Position numbers and translations under genes: made by a program. DNA of 64,000 nucleotides from Dimorphilus gyrociliatus. Taxonomy: Eukaryota; Animalia; Annelida. Positions 1-13,644 of the stretch are shown one piece after another. Within the stretch, counting starts at the first letter, position 1. Each line of letters opens with the position of its first letter. The stretch is from positions 4,369,689 to 4,433,688 of the forward strand of contig CAJFCJ010000005.1 in the NCBI GenBank assembly GCA_904063045.1, read 5' to 3'. The notes below the pieces were generated by a model. The model was given only the letters and a program-made list of their open reading frames with translations, searched no databases and was not told the origin of the DNA.

Positions 1-280
1 ATGAAAATTAAAGGAAGCAAATCACAATAGCAGCTTGTGCTACTTTTTTAGTTTTAGTAGTAGAAGTAGTATTTAATTATTCCCTATCTATTTTTCTTTC
101 CTTCTTTCTCTTTCTTTATCAATCTCTATCTATCTATCTATCTGTCTATCTATCCAGCTCTTCTATTCCATTCTTTAACTTTTAAATATTTCTACTTTTA
201 CTTCTGACGAATCCTTTAGCTTATTTGCTTCTCTTTTTCTCTAATTTTCTACCCTTTCGTTTGATCCTCAATCCCTTCCT

Positions 281-317
<37 letters not shown>

Positions 318-1553
318 CATTCTACATCCTATTACTCTCTCCCCCCCGTTCTTAATCGTCGTATAGCTTGTCACTTTGTACCCAACCTTCCTAAGCTTCA
401 CTGCGAATTTTCCTCGTTGCCCTCCCTCCGCAATCGGTAATATTGTATAAAGTATATACAATATGAGAGAAAGTGTGTAAACACTAGACAGTAGCATTGC
501 CTATAGGAAGATAGGGAAGAGAGGGAAGAGAAGAAATTTTCTAAAAGCGACTATATAATAGATTAGTAAGTTTATAAATTTATGGAGGAAAGTTCTATTG
601 GTGCTAATGAACAATCATAGAAGTCTATAGATCTGACATGGTAACTAGTTGATATATACTGTATATTGTATATACTTCGCAATGCCTACCTCCCCCTACC
701 CCCTTCCCCCTCCGCCCATCCCCTCCCAAAAAAAAACAATATAACATATACATAAATACGTATTTATTACGTAAAACTTGATTCTCTTCTTACTTGCTAA
801 TTCTTATCATGACGATAAGTAAGATTCTTATTATTTTTCATCGAAATCTTCATCTTTTTTATAAATTAAAAAAAAAAGAAAAGAAAGAAAAAAAAAACGA
901 TAATAGTAAAAATGATAATAAAAAAGAAAACCTTATTGATTTTTCTTTATTTTGCATATATATTTAGTTTTTTTTTCTTCTTCTTCTTTGTTTGTTTTTT
1001 TCTTTCTTTTCCTTTTTTTTACTTTCTTTATCTTATCTTATCTTTTTGTTTTTTTTAACTTAATCCAAAATTATTAATAAGGAATATAAAAACCTCTTTT
1101 TCATATTTTTCCTCTCCTTTTTACCTTTATTTTTTCTATTTTATTGATTTAATTGTCTGATTTTATTTCTTTCTTCTTTTCCTTCTCTTTTTCCGTATCT
1201 ATTTAACAGACCATCTTCCAATCTTTCTTTCAATCTTCCACTGTACAGTATATCTATGTGGATCTGTTTATCTGTACGTATGTTTGTTTGTATGTGAACG
1301 GAGGGGTTATGCATTATTGCTAAGCCAAATTGACCAGAATCTTGCGCATTACGTTGTCGTATTAATCAGTTAACTTTGGAAAAGTATAAATCTTTCGTAT
1401 TCCGTCTCTAGAGAAGCAATTTACGTCGTTTATTCAATTTCCGTTTGCCAAACACGACTGAGAATTTTTCGTACAGCGTCTCTCCAGGCATTAATTTAAC
1501 ACGATTCTTTAAAATAAATCGTTGACTGACAGTTTTTCACCAATTTCCCAAAG

Positions 1554-1749
1554 CTTGCCTCAAAGCTATATAACTCTATTCTGGGGATTGTTCGGCCTGA
1601 CATCCCTGAACACTGTCCGTCAAGGTCCGATGCAGGATTTTACAAAGACCATTGGGGAAGTTCTTTTAATGGCTTACCACGCACTCGGCGTTATAATGCT
1701 TATAAACATGTTAATTGCTATGATGTCAAATTCATTTCAAGATATAGTG
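1554..1749 (+). CDS. TRPC pore/S6 alternative exon A
   Basis: cccaaag|C TTG CCT CAA...GAT ATA GTG|gtacgg; 196 nt, phase 2 to phase 0; [65 protein letters not shown]. Confidence 0.9.
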
Positions 1750-3114
1750 GTACGGTTTCATTTTTTATTTTATTCTTTTGTTGTAGAAGCAACTTTTTTT
1801 CACTTTGATTTTTTTTTTCATTCTCTTTCTCTTTCTTTCGTTTTTTCTTTCTTTCTTTTTTACAATTTGTTTTTTTTTCTGCTTTTCACTTGATCATTTT
1901 TCAACTGCAAAACTATTTCTATGTTTTATAACTAGAACTATATGCATCTACTTATACGAATGTGTGTTATGGATACTGTATAACTTACTAATTAACTAGA
2001 CAATTAATGTTTAATTGTTCATGCGGGGGCATATGTAAGCACTCTCTATCTTCGATTAAAATTGAGTAAGGTTCTCTTATTCAACCACAATTCTTCTATT
2101 CCTTCTCTTCATTAATCCTTATTTGCAATTGACTATATACTGTAAGACGTTCAGTCATATTCTGTACATTGAATTTTTTCTTCTACCTTCCTCCTATCCA
2201 TATCTAATCTCGTAAATTCCCCAAATACCTTTAGATGTTTGGAGACGTATTTCAGAATTCGTTATCGGTCTTCTTTCTTCTCCTTTTTCTTCGCTGTTTG
2301 CTCTATTTTGCACATAAATATAAAAGCACACCTGAAGTAGAGTGTGTATTGTTTCACAAAACTATTCAGATAAGTGTACTAGAGTTGTTGGCCTATACAT
2401 AGTTTATTTCTCATTTAAGAAATTTAATATATTTCTACCTCTATTTCAATATCATCATTACGAATACTGCTGTTTTTCTCTTCCTCTTCTTCTTCTTCTT
2501 CTGACTAAACCAACCTCTTTACTCTCTTTCACTTACTTACATTTGATTTTATTTATTTATTCTTTTATTTATTTGATCACTGTCTTTATTATATTTCTAT
2601 CTTATTTTTGCACCTCCGTCCTCCCACGTGACCTTCCTTAACTTTGTGAGAATTGGTCCCTTTTTTTTGTGTTTTCTTCTTTGATACGCGAGAGAAAAAT
2701 TGTAATATTGTTTGCAGTCTATTACAAAGTTACATCACTCTATTCTGGGCCTTGTTTGGTCTGACACCTTTATCAACGGTTAGGGAGAGTTCAGTGCACG
2801 AATTGACGAAATCAGTGGCGGAAGCTTTATTTATGGCTTATCACGCCATGGCAATTATTGTTCTCGTAAACATGTTGATTGCCATGATGTCTAATTCTTT
2901 TCAAGATATTCAGGTATATAGGATTATCTCCAATAATCTTATTATTATCAATGCATATTTTACCTTATTCCCTTTTTTATCATATATTGCTTAGTATTTA
3001 TTTACTTTGCTCCCCTTAGTTTTCTTACCTACTTGATTTTTTTCTGTTAAATCCATTAGAAAGGTTCGAAAATCCAATTAGCTTATTCCCTTACAATTAT
3101 ATGCTCCTTCCTCT

Positions 3115-3155
<41 letters not shown>

Positions 3156-6100
3156 CTTTTCTCTTCCCTTTTATTTTTATCCTATAGAATACAGCAATTC
3201 GTTGTACGTAGACAATATAGATGATTTTCAGTGCGTTTTATTTTACTTTGTAATCAAACTGTTTTCTATTGTTGATTAAACGTTTAATATAGACGCCCAT
3301 TTCGAGATATGTGCCATAATGCTAAAGAATTAACTTTTTGTTATAATCACAATTCCGCTTGTACGACTTTGTGTGTGCGTGAGCGAGAGAGAGAGAGAGA
3401 GAGAGACAGACAGATAGAAAGTGAGTGAGAGAAAGAAAGAAGGAAAGAAAGAGTGAAAAAGAAAAAGAGTTAGCGAATGATTGACTGAGAGAAAGACAAA
3501 GAATACTTGTATACTCTTTTCTTGTAGAAAGATTGCTAAAACACTCTTATATGCATTAGATAAATGGTTAGTAGTGCGAATGCTAATATGCATGATCCGC
3601 ATGATTTTCTTTTCTCTTCAAAATTCAAATGAAAGAATGTATAGAAAGAGAAGAATATAAAGCGACAAAAACGACAAAATTACATAGAAATACTTTATAT
3701 TTTTTATGTAATGTATTAAATGGAATGATATTATTTCTCTTCCATCTTTCTATCTTTCTTTCTTTCTTTCAATTGCATTTATCTTTGAATTATTAATTAA
3801 AAGTAAATGAAAACATATATGTATTGTAGCTTTTTACATTATTATTTGATAATCAGGATCACGCGGATCGGGAATGGAAGTTTGCAAGATCTAAATTATG
3901 GATGGGATACTTTGATGAAGGGTCAACATTACCGACGCCTTTCAATCTAATTATTAGTCCCAAATCTATATATTACTTCTTAAAAAGAGTCAGGAGGCTA
4001 GTACAAAGCTGTCTTGTCAGTAAAACAGACAAACCGAGGAGAAAATCGAATGAAATGCATAATAAGGTAATTTTTGTATACTATTTATTTGTAATTGTTC
4101 AATTTATCGCTTTCTCCTCCTTCCTTCCTTCTCTCTCTCTCTCTCTCTCTATCATTTCCTTAAATAAAATAATAATAATAATAATAATAAAGTTTTAAAT
4201 AAAGTTTAGAATAGTAAAATTCTTTCATTTAGAAGGAAAACACACAAAAAAATCCTACTATTTTCTTTCACAGACTTACTGCACTTTACACGATTACGTA
4301 AGTTCATTTTCATTCATAAGATTAAAGGAATAGTTGACAATCATCATTTCTCTCCTTAGTTTATATAAATTTTTTACCTCTATTCTTTTATTCTTCTAGG
4401 ATCCTTTCTTGTTATTTGTTTCATTAATGAGATGTAATAAGCTTACTTTTATAACTTGGATTTTATATTATCATAATCGTTATTTTTCATCTGAAATAAT
4501 GCTATTATTCATGTTTTAGAGTTTTAAACGTTTATCTTAGACAGATAGAAATAACTTTGAGTTTTTATTAGATTTAGTTACTTTTTTTAACGCTTTTCCC
4601 CTCTTTCTTTCTCTCTCTCTCTCTCCTCATTCTTTTTTACCATAAGATTTTCCCCTGTTCTTTTTAACCTTCAGAACCAGCATGGAATTTCTACCATTTC
4701 CAATCATGTTCAAGCTTTAGATAATCCTGCTATGACGCCATCTAGCGCCAGTGATTTTGAGGTACATTGAATTGTGTTGTTTGGAGTAAGAGCACTATGA
4801 AGTGTAGCAGTGTATACAAACAGAGTAATAGGGAAAGTATGTCAAAAAAAAAACCCGAATTAATGGGCGAAGAAACAGAGGACAGCGAAGCGGGAGTGCT
4901 GATAAGTAGGAGCGGAAATAGTTGAGGATGAGAAGGAAGACGACTAGCAAAATCGACAAAAATCAAAAGAGAAATATAAATACATAGCGGACGATGTTGC
5001 AGTTATTCAATTACTTTCTCCTCCAGTTTTTTTTCCTTAAATAATAGAGATAAAACAAGGGAAAATAGTTCTTTTTGCAGTGTTGTTGTCCGTTTAAATA
5101 TGAATGAAATTTAGTTTATGTTTTTCTTTTTTGCATGATAAAGTAATTGTACTCTTCTTGTTTTCTCCCAGAGAAAGAGTCATTTCTTTCTCTTCTTTTT
5201 CCTTTGCATGTTAAACAAGAAACGCAAAAAAAAAAAAAAACAAAACAAGTCCATCATACAAATCGAAAAGAAAAATATTAACTTTCTTCATAATTACTAT
5301 TCTATTCAGAGGTCTAACAGTTTCCATTCTCAACCCGATGGTGACGCTTCTATCAACAGGAGTAATAGGCCTAAGTATCAAGTATGTTTTTTTTTCTTCC
5401 CAATTATGATAAAATATGGAAAAAAAAGAGAATTAGAGTTTGAGAGTGTTAAAACGAAAGATAAGCATTGTTTATCTGCCATTTTCCAGTCGTCCATCCT
5501 ACCTACTATTCTATCTATAAATTCCGTATAGAAAAGTATCAAACACTCGACCGGAAGAACGTAAATAGTTCTTGAAATATATATATGAAAATTACGATTG
5601 AAAACCTTTCAACTCTTTCCACTCCTTTCTCTCCTCTCCACAATTCTCTCTCTTCCATTTTCCATTATCCCTTCTCACAACATCGTTTTAAAGATCTTAT
5701 ATGAAAAAGAAAAAAAAAAGCCTACGAAGATAATATTGCAGATGATGATAAAAAAGAGAGGATAGGAAGAGTGAAAGATAGTTTAGTTTAATTATTTAAT
5801 GGGAGGATTTTGTAGACAAAATGCCAATTGGTAATAAATAAATTATTGGAAATTCTATCCTATATCTCTTTCACTTTTTCACTCAAACTCTTTTTGCCTA
5901 TCTATAAAATACAGTACATCTCTCTTTTCGTTCTCACCTGTTTGTAATATAATCAGAAATCATACCTTTATTCAAATCTAATAATTATAACAATAAGAAA
6001 GAATATATTGGTTTGAATATATATTTTGTAGATATAGGCTTTTCTCTCTCTCTCTCTCTCTCTCTCTTTTTATATCTATATATATATATATTTATACATA

Positions 6101-6410
6101 TATATTATAGATATAGATTTATTTGTGTATTGTTATTTCGAGCAATTTTCCTAATGAAGTTTTCGCAATTGCTTTTATTTATATTGAAAAGTAAACTAAA
6201 GGATATCCTATCGCGAATTATTCAGGTTTTGGGGCCTTTTGGAAATGGAGTATTGGGAATTTTTTCGTATTAAGTAAAGTAGACAGTAGTAATATTGGAT
6301 ATATATATATTTCAGATTAATTATTATACTTTATAAAATGTTTATTTATCTTTTTCGAACATCTCTTTTTCATTCTTTTTCTCCATTTTCCGATCCTGTT
6401 TCTCTTACTA

Positions 6411-6443
<33 letters not shown>

Positions 6444-7000
6444 ATACTAATACTAATACTACTACTCTTCATCATCGTCCTCCTCCATACTCTCTTTAGG
6501 AAGTAATGCGGAGACTCGTTAGCAGATTTATACATCAATGGAAAAAACAAATGAGGCAGGACGGTGTGAACGAGGACGATCTATTGGAGATTAAACAGGA
6601 TATCTCTTCGCTTAGATACGAACTAAGAGAGGATAGAAAAAGAGAATCCGCTAGAACGAGTAGCCATATTGAAACTGTAAAAAGGGACGTTATAAGATCA
6701 ATTCATCAGTCGAACCCTAGTATGGACCACGCGTGTGTTGTTGATCCAATGAGCGAGATAAGCCAAGCCGTCCATAGACCTCCTTCTCCCTCGTATGCCG
6801 CCTATAGTCCTCCCACGCTGAGTTTCCTCAATCCAAGCGAAATCGACGCGCTTCGAAAGGAAATTATTATTGGTTTAAAGGCAGAAATACGTGAATTGGC
6901 TATGGAGATGGTTCGTGATAATGGCAACAACGCAGCGGCACCTAGTGCACCATCTTTAAATGCTGAATTGTATCACACTCATCTATACACTCAGTTGTAA
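1554..7000 (+). CDS. TRPC: TRPC (canonical TRP / trp-gamma-like) cation channel, 3' portion; the 5' exons lie upstream of the window
   Basis: Exons with AG/GT boundaries: pore-S6 exon (1554-1749 or 2718-2913; LFW pore helix, NMLIAMM gate), 3857-4066 ([32 protein letters not shown] = TRP box EWKFAR), possible 4274-4297, 4675-4761, 5310-5381 (...RPKYQ), and terminal exon 6500-7000 ([11 protein letters not shown]...[21 protein letters not shown] coiled coil). Confidence 0.95.
2718..2913 (+). CDS. TRPC pore/S6 alternative exon B
   Basis: tttgcag|T CTA TTA CAA...GAT ATT CAG|gtatat; 196 nt, same phases as exon A; [65 protein letters not shown]. Confidence 0.9.
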
Positions 7001-7297
7001 AATGAAATGAAAAGGAAAGAGGAGAAGCTTCACAGTATGCAATGGACAATTTCAATTGATATACGAAAATATTATTCAACTTTATTATATCCTTTATCTG
7101 GCAGAGGATAGAGGATAAGAGGGACTATCTTAAACTGTATAGATATAGGAAAAACAGAGAGGATTATTCAAAATGAGAGGGAAAAAAATCTAGTCTTGAA
7201 TCCATCCATAAGGGTAAAAGCTGTTGTTTTCGCTGTTGCTATTACTACTTACTCGTATTACAACTATCATTTCAACATTTATTTAAATATAGATAAA

Positions 7298-7352
<55 letters not shown>

Positions 7353-8263
7353 GTGTCTTTCTCATATATGCAGTGTATATAGAAAAAAAAAACTGTACAT
7401 CAATATACGAAACAAGTATTAAAATGTAATTAAAGGTTGATAAGATTTGCTTCAGTTTTATTCTGACATATCACGCAGAATGATTTTATGCAAATGAGAA
7501 AGATGAATTTAAATATATTTCCTTATGTTTCTTCTATATTTTCTGTTTGTATCATCTTCCACGTTACATCTCTTCTCACTAACAAAACAAATAAACAAAT
7601 ATGCATGGTTTTACTATAAGAATAGATTAGATATTTTCTATGTCTATTAGTAAAGTAGTTGGAATTATAGAGGGGACAGTTTATAATTGTTTCTCTGAAG
7701 AGATGTTTAGTTGATTATTATCGTATAATTAAATGATTGATCTATTTTGGAGAAATGTATAAAAATGTCTATTGTAAGAATGATAACGACGATAATGATG
7801 CTGGTTATGATAATAACTATGATGTAAATGATACGGCATTGCTGGACAAATGCTTTATGTAATGGGGCTGTTTTTTAATGCAGATGCTAATAACTCTATT
7901 ATACTTATTTAACTATCGTACATTATACAGAATATACAATATACAATTATACGTTATCTTATCACTGATAGTTGTTATCTATTGGATTTTCTTTCTATGT
8001 ATATTAGTGTCTTTCTTCTTTATCCTCCTACTTGTCCTCCTCCTCCTTTCTCTTGTCTTAATCATATTTTGCTAACGATTGATGAGTCAATTGGGAGAAA
8101 TTGTTCATATTTTCCCCTCTGTTAAAGTTCCCTATCTCATTTTCTACTCAGTCATCTATATCTTGTTAATACTCTTTTTCATTCTAATCTACTAAATTCA
8201 ATTATTACGTTTAATATATTTTATTTAAATAAAACGTATTCTTATTGCAGAGTATATAATATA

Positions 8264-8295
8264 ATACTGTAATACTGTAATACTGTAATACTGTA
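8264..8295. repeat. 8-bp tandem repeat (AATACTGT)4 near the palindrome ATACTGTATATACAGTAT (about 8373-8390)
   Basis: Read directly between the convergent TRPC and CNBD 3' ends. Confidence 0.85.
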
Positions 8296-8447
8296 AAAAT
8301 ATTCCAGAGTATTTTAAATTATTCTCTGGATTCTTTAGATATATACAGTATATAGTGTATATACATACATATATACTGTATATACAGTATACGTATTTAT
8401 CTTGCTCTCTCTATCTTTTCGGTTGGTTTGCCTCTTTTTAACGGTTG

Positions 8448-11400
8448 CTACCTAAGCCTTGGCGATCTGGGAGTAATAGCCTGTTTGACGATATTTTCTT
8501 TGTATAAATCCCAGTTGGCTTTAGTCTGAGAGAAAAATATTCGATTATCATCTAAAAATAGACGAGAATATTTAATTAGGATGAGAAACCTGTAAATTGT
8601 GTTGGAGAACCCGATGAGACGGATATAGGGTTAATATTTGCCTTAAATGCTTCTTTACAAGATGATTAGCGTGCTTCATAAAAAACTTTTTTGACAGCAT
8701 TACGCATTCTGCCCCTCTCGATATTAGGCTTACAGTAGGTTGGTTCCAATCGATGCAATCCTCAAAATCCAGGGATGAGAGACCCTGAAGCGTTAAAAAA
8801 TAAAACAAAATTTATCCGACAATTTATAAGCCTAGAAAAGAGGGATCAAGGGGTTTCTCTTTCTCTTTGTAGGCGTTTTTTGTTTTCTTAAATATACTAA
8901 TACACATTAGTATCTATATAAACATAGAGTATACTGTAATACTGTATATACAGTAAATACAGGCACCTGAATAGATTTGAAAACATGCTTTAAAATTAAA
9001 ATATGCTATCAACTTACGAAAACGTCCCTAGGCTTTAAATGGTCAACTTGCACGAACGTTGTCTCAACTTCCTTTTCTCGTTCCGGTCTTTCCGTTTCGG
9101 CGCTCATTGGTATATTTCGTTTCTATTGAGCGCGAAAAGGAAGACAGACAAAGATTGAAAGTGAAAAATGATAAGATTTCAATTGGAGAAGAAAAAAAAC
9201 CACTCACGAAATGAGCTTTGGAATGTTTTCTAATTCTGTTGAAATTCTCTAGAGTTGATCTATCTTTACTGTCTTTAACGAAAGACGGCAGGGATTTTGC
9301 CGATTTAATTGGCGTTGACGACCGAACCTAAAAATTATCATTATTATTTCAAAAGTAACAACTAGCAATTATCTAGTGCCAAACAGTGTTCTACAATATT
9401 ATTATCTCTTTTTTCTTGACTATAGGCGAAAGGTGAATAAAAGAGAGAAAGAGAAAGAGATCGAGGGAGAGTGGGTGAGCGATAGAGAAGGAGAGACAGA
9501 GAGAGCTAAGAGAGACCGACTGAAGGAAAGAGTATGGTTTCCTATATAATCTATATAAAAGTAATATAATAAAGTCTCTCTAGCTGTCTATCTATCTATC
9601 TGTCTATCTATCTATCTCCCCCTCTCACTGTCTCGATCTCTATCTCTCCCTTCTTTCTTCCCTTTATCTTATAAATATAAAATATACATAAGCTGACAGT
9701 GAATTCAGTATACGAATTCGGCCTATTTAGCATATTAATACAAACAATATTTAGAAACCTTTATCAAGTCATTATATTGAGTTATTGCCCTTTTTAATTC
9801 CATAGGAAATTTTCCAACCATCGTATAGCTGCGCTTTATTCCAGAATCGATTTTTGGTTCTGTTTTATTTCATAAAAATTGTCTATATACATATATTATA
9901 ACAAGAATTAGTGAAACGTTCATTCTATTATAGCATATATACGGGTCTATCGCTAATGTATGCGATAATAATATCCTATAAATCCTTATGATATCTTAAG
10001 AGGAAGAAGAAGGATTATTTGTTGAAAAAATGATCAACTGATCTTTTCCTTCTCATCTCCTTCTCTTCTAATATTACTTATTACTTATTCGCTTTATCTT
10101 CGGTTGCCTAATAAATTTCTTACCCATTTGCCCGCTACCCGATAGTTTTGGTAGTAAAGGTACTTCTCGGTCGTATTTCGTCTTCGCCGTCTTCTTGACT
10201 CGACCAACAACCGATTTCAATTGCGTAATCACTTGACACGAGCCCTGAATAAAAATCAATTCATCATTTCTCTTTCACATTCCGGTGCTCCCTGTTTTTT
10301 TTCCTTTTGGACAAAACTCACCGATTTCACTATATAAATCCAATCTGATTTTCTGCTATCCTCTATTATAACCACTCCTCTTCTAAGATTATATACAAAA
10401 AACATATACAACATAACTATATAGACTCTATATATAAATATCTGTTACTTGAAGAAGTGAAAGAGACAATATTCTGGATGATCGAGGAGGATTTCTATAG
10501 GCCAGTTCTTCATAAATTCTATGGACCTAAACAACGAGAAGGAAAAGGAGAGGCAGAAAATGAAAGAGATAGTAGAGTGAAGCGAAATTGTTGAATTAAA
10601 AGAAAAGATAATAAAGGAAAAGGATAGGGAGAGGGAGAGAGAGGGAAAAAAAAATACTATTAGGCTTGATATTCCATATAATACTTTATACTGTATAATA
10701 CAGTCAATGCGGTGTTTGTTTGGCGGGAAAAGGATAATGGTTTTTACTTGAGAAATCGTATGTGTTGCGGTATATCTCCTGGATTTTGTCCACTCATGAA
10801 AATATCAAAGAAATCTTCCCTCTCAATTGCCAACACCTGAACTGTGCCTTGACTAGTAACCGTTGCCGTTCTCTTCGAACGATGTAACAGCGCCAATTCA
10901 CCGAAACTTGCTCCCCTTCTCATTATGCCTACAGTTCTTATACATATTTCTCCGCTTGAAGTTTTCTTTTCAATGATACTAACGGCCGCTGTTTACAATT
11001 GCTTAATTAGTCGCAATAGTTGAACTTGGAATAGAGAAGAAAGTAGGAAAAGGTGACTAAGAGAGAAAAGGGTTTCTGACCTGCTCCTGAAAGAATAAAG
11101 TAAAAATTTTCGGCGTAATGACCCTGTCTTATTATGACCCGAGAACCTGGTATTCTGCCAAGGGATGAAGGGATAAAAAAAATTGTATGACGTTTACTAA
11201 ACGTGTCCTCATTTCTATTAAAAAGCTTTACGTTTGCAGCCTGGCAACCCTGCATAGTTTCTCTTGCATATGTAAAGGATATTCGACGAACGATCTTAGA
11301 TTTTGAAGTCCGTATAAAACTATTTGAAGTTGGTCGTTGGTTCTTTGCTCCGGGGGTAGACTTAGAATGTGTTGAACTTCCGAGCTTAGAGTGACCTTAA

Positions 11401-13644
11401 CGAGGAGAAGGAGATGAGAAAGGAGTAAAATGGTAAAACAATTAAAAAACCAACTTCTGTTTTTGCTTTATAAAAGCTGACGTCAAAACTTAAACCGGAC
11501 TTTTGTAAATCCGAAGAGTAATTTAACGCTGCTAAATCAGTAAAAGTAGCATATTTTTCTCTTTGATCATCGCTATCCTTTTTCCTAGAAAAGAAAGAAA
11601 GTATAAAGGACCAACATATTAAATAAAGAAAAGAATAATAACAAGACTATTTATTTACGGATAAGAATTTAAGAAAAGAGAAGGTAAAGTTACTTTAATC
11701 ATTACTAACATTTCATTCAAACAGGATATCCATTTTTGAACGTTCACTATTTTCTTTGTGGCTTTACGAAATCTTTCTCTAGCCTGAAGACAAATAAAAA
11801 TAATTTTTAATCTTGTACTATTTTCAATCCTTCTGCCTTTCTTTCTTTATTTCTTTCTCTCTCTCTCTCTCTCTCTCTCTTTCACTCTTTTTTTATAGAT
11901 TTTATTTGTTTATTCTCTACCATTTTCTTAAGCTTATTCCTGTTAAAATTTTTAATTATTTGCTCTTTTTCTTCGTTAGTTTGTTGTTCTATTTGAAGAC
12001 TATCTGCTCGACGTCTAGACATTTGCGTTAAAATCTCTGCTGGTCTAATATTATTATTATTTTTATTAATGTTCATGTTCTGGCATTGCTGTGCGACTGT
12101 TAACGGCTCATTCAAAATCCTCGTTGGCCTACGTAATTTGTTCAATTTTGCATCGGATGATGTTTGGATCATTGGTAAGCCAGATTTCGAATTGGTCCTC
12201 TCTAAACGTCTACGTAACGAGACGAGCGACTTTTTACGCTTGAATTCGTAGCTCATCGGCGGAAAGTTGACCTCCGACTCTTTCTTCTCCGGCTCCTTAA
12301 CCTTTTCCTCTACGTCCTGTTCTTTTTTATGTGTTGTCGACTCTAGTTGACAAACAACCGCGTCAATCCTCTCTTCCGACGACGACATTGTCCGAACGAG
12401 AGCGGCTGTTCTCATTAATTGAGTAGAACTTCCGGTATACGACGTTTCCACTACTTGCCTCTCCCATTCGCTACCGAATGTTCCCGTTACGGCAGCAATT
12501 TCTAATAAACTTTGAACGTCTTCCCCAACCGACATGTTGTTTGTGTGGCTGAATTGTCTTCTTTTATTTTCCACTTATTTTCGCACTGTTATTCTCTATA
12601 ACTGTTGATTTTTGTTTCGAACCTCCTTCTCCTCCTCATCCGCCCCCTCCTCCTCTCTTCTTCGGTTTTTGTCTTCGTGTATTATATCGGAATATAAACA
12701 AATGAAAACAGCCAGGAATAAATCCAATATTAATCCGATAACAGGGTCTGTCGGTCGATTAGTTTGAACTAACTCTAAAGCCTACACGGTTATTAAATCG
12801 TCGTCCTCTCTGACAATTAATCTAGCAGTTGAACGCGCCGCTGATCGTTTCCCATTCAAATGACAGCTTTGTCGCTTTCACCACAACATTAACGTGATTT
12901 TTTCAAGTAGCTAGGCCTAGGTCATTCTAGTAGGGATTTACCTTACGCAATTGGCAATTGTTACTGTACCTTTTTACGGCGAACCTCCAAAGCTATTTGA
13001 TAGATTTTCGGTGTCTTGAAAGATTTCGGTATATTTAACGGTAGATCGTAGATACCCATACTGACTTTCTCTTCCAACTTTAAATCTCTCATCTTTGACC
13101 ATAATGATAGTTTTCCTTGTTCAGTTTTAGGCCTAGTTTTCACACTCCTACCTAGTTCATTTCCGTCATCTACCGCTTCCCTTTGTGGTTCCTTTTGTTT
13201 GAAACCTATAGTGGTTTGGTTCAAGTTTCTATTAGGCAAGACTGGACAAGTTTCGCCCTTATTTTCTATAGAAAACAAATGAATAACATTATTAAAAAAG
13301 AAGCCAAGAAGAGAAGAAGGAAAGAAGAAAGAATAAATAAAAAAAAACACTTAAAGTTTGGCCGATAAATGATATATTTGATTGATTGATATTTCATATT
13401 TTACTAGCTAGTGCATTAAATATATTCTACCTTCCTTCGGTCTCCATTTTAGTAACCTTTCTTTTAATCTTTTCCTCTTCTCGCGCTGCCTAGCCTCCTT
13501 ATCCTGCTCAGGCGAAGGTGTCTTCCTCTGTTCGTCGTCGATACATTCTTCAGGATCGCCTTTCGGTTTACTATAAAGTCTGGCTAGTAGGGTAATACGG
13601 TCGACCGAACTGCTAAACTCGTCGTACTCTTCTACCTTGGCCAT
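8448..13644 (-). CDS. Tandem cyclic-nucleotide-binding domain protein (CNBD2-like), multi-exon
   Basis: Minus-strand exons: LSLPPEQRTNDQLQIVLYGLQNLRSFVEYPLHMQEKLCRVA (about 11230-11396), RVIIRQGHYAENFYFILSG (about 11090-11160), GASFGELALLHRSKRTATV (about 10748-10988; phosphate-binding cassette), second CNBD (WPIEILL..RGVVIIEDSRKSDWIYIVKS|GSCQV; FVQVDHLKPRDVF|GL..SLISRGAEC), final exon TKANWDLYKENIVKQAITPRSPRLR*. The 5' end is uncertain. Confidence 0.85.

Noticed and set aside
225-500. ORFs 225-440 (+) and 312-497 (-), and similar LSLSLS/ERERER ORFs throughout (e.g. 3330, 6013, 7196, 14765, 33554, 35135)
   Set aside because: They are translations of (CT)n/(AG)n or other simple repeats and AT-rich intronic DNA, with no domain signal or splice support.
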